Sequence record: SRR31156797_8157
Reading direction: 5' to 3' (one strand)
Length of the DNA stretch: 46,961 bases
Below are positions 45,680-46,961 of the stretch, one piece after another (within the stretch, counting starts at the first letter, position 1; the number at the start of each line of letters is the position of its first letter). Position numbers and translations under genes: made by a program. Under the pieces are notes generated by a model. The model did not search any database. It was not told where the DNA came from and saw nothing but the letters and a program-made list of their open reading frames with translations.

Positions 45680-46846
45680 ATGACTAGACTTCTCACTTCA
45701 CTTTGTTGTTTGACAGATATAAAACCGAAAAGTTTGCCAATAGGTGTGCTTTTTTTGGCGAATCATAATCTCTCGGTACGATGCTTCCTATTGTTGGTTG
45801 AGGCATTTGTGAGTATTTGCGCTTTACCTGTGTCTGCCGTTCAAACACAGTCAGCAGCCGAGCTATCTTCTTACCAGCGGACAAACGAAAACTTACTCTA
45901 TTCAGTTTCATTTAATCAAGAACCGCCATCTTGGATGGACGAAACTAACGACTATTTGTCTGAGTTGGTGCTGGACTTTAGCGAGTATATCGATCACGGG
46001 TTAGCAAAAGATGATGATGAAGAAGCGATAGTAAACCGCAGTTACATCAAAATAAAAACGCTCCAATCCTACAGCCACAGAGGCTTGTATAACAGTGATG
46101 AAAGTATCTCAGTCAGAGTTGATTTACCCCATACTGAACATAACTGGAAGTTGATACTCGAAACCGATCCTGATGACTACGATAATTTGGAAAGTAAACA
46201 GCGGGGGACTTCTACCGGCAGTCAAACCAAAGAGGGTGCGTTTGGTGGAGTTCGTTTGCAAGGTGAGCAAATTAGCCAATGGAAAACTAACTTTGATATT
46301 GGTGTGAAACTGCGTTTTCCTATTGATCCATTTACCAGAGCGGAACTATACAGGGTAGGAAAACTATCAGACGACTGGACCACGCTTTTTAGTCAGGAAT
46401 TCTTCTATTTTAAATCTAAAGGGTTGGGATCGTTAACCAATTTAAACTTTTACTACGATGTTGATGAAGCAAATGGACAGATCTTTAAGCTGGGTTCAAG
46501 TGCTCAATATCTTTACGATGATGACGAATGGGAATTGGTTCACCAAGCGACTTATTTTGATCGTATGAATGAAAAGAACCTAGTGGAATACTCATTAGGG
46601 ATGAGCTTATTACCTTATGAAGAGAAGGAGGTAAGTAACTATTGGCTGTCAGCATCATGGATTCATAAGCTGTACAAAAACTGGTTGTACTTAACGGTCT
46701 CTCCGGAACTCGAGTTTCCAAGGGAGTACGATTATAAGTTCAATCCAGGCATATTTATTGAACTGGAAGCCTTCTTCTCGAAGAATCGTAAACTTAATCG
46801 TTTAAATCGTCACATACCAAAACCGACAACTAACCCAGATAATTAA
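45680..46846 (+). CDS. Hypothetical exported protein, possible outer-membrane beta-barrel
   Basis: Long ORF with alternating aromatic beta-strands in the C-terminal two thirds; true start is probably downstream of 45680. Confidence 0.7.
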   Translation: MTRLLTSLCCLTDIKPKSLPIGVLFLANHNLSVRCFLLLVEAFVSICALPVSAVQTQSAAELSSYQRTNENLLYSVSFNQEPPSWMDETNDYLSELVLDFSEYIDHGLAKDDDEEAIVNRSYIKIKTLQSYSHRGLYNSDESISVRVDLPHTEHNWKLILETDPDDYDNLESKQRGTSTGSQTKEGAFGGVRLQGEQISQWKTNFDIGVKLRFPIDPFTRAELYRVGKLSDDWTTLFSQEFFYFKSKGLGSLTNLNFYYDVDEANGQIFKLGSSAQYLYDDDEWELVHQATYFDRMNEKNLVEYSLGMSLLPYEEKEVSNYWLSASWIHKLYKNWLYLTVSPELEFPREYDYKFNPGIFIELEAFFSKNRKLNRLNRHIPKPTTNPDN

Positions 46847-46961
46847 AACATATACTCAAGTGACCTCAAGATGCGCGATTCAAAGCTGCATCAACGAGTC
46901 CAGAGCAAGCTTAATAAAAGGTAGGAATGGTCATTCCCTTTCAACGTTATTGAGCGCAGAA

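Noticed and set aside
1220-46721. Numerous 60-130 aa ORFs antisense to or nested in long genes (e.g. 41060-41455, 36205-36537, 26837-27178)
   Set aside because: Shadow ORFs of well-supported genes with no motifs or ribosome-binding sites
1-46961. CRISPR array, integron attC/VCR repeats, IS elements, prophage or anti-phage defence operon
   Set aside because: No regularly spaced repeats, transposase, integrase, phage structural or recognisable defence genes seen; the NYN gene alone is insufficient

Overview
Vibrio-type genomic window (inferred from gene content such as the fabH2/trxC/MFS block, DUF3316 and DUF2986 genes; probably the small chromosome). It starts in the 3' half of a tRNA-Cys. 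No integrase, transposase, prophage or CRISPR array is visible. The main element is an 11-gene, ~13.3 kb Wzx/Wzy-type exopolysaccharide operon (6957-20293): WcaJ-like initiating transferase, outer-membrane beta-barrel, short OPX protein, a Wzc-like co-polymerase with a degenerate kinase domain, flippase, polymerase, three glycosyltransferases, a small membrane protein and a secreted DUF4832-type putative glycoside hydrolase. Downstream lie three differently sensing c-di-GMP modules: an ammonium transporter-HAMP-PAS-GGDEF-EAL fusion, a Zn-ribbon-PAS-PAS-GGEEF cyclase, and an MHYT hybrid kinase paired with a REC-HD-GYP regulator. These are interspersed with redox/detoxification and catabolic genes (cupin dioxygenase + AraC, two PaeX-like esterases, mqo, VOC protein, MsrA, TorD/DmsD chaperone, NemA/TetR, aldo-keto reductase). 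One small gene missed by the ORF track (DUF2986-like, 2628-2801, minus strand) was read by hand. All family calls come from motif recognition; no database search was run.
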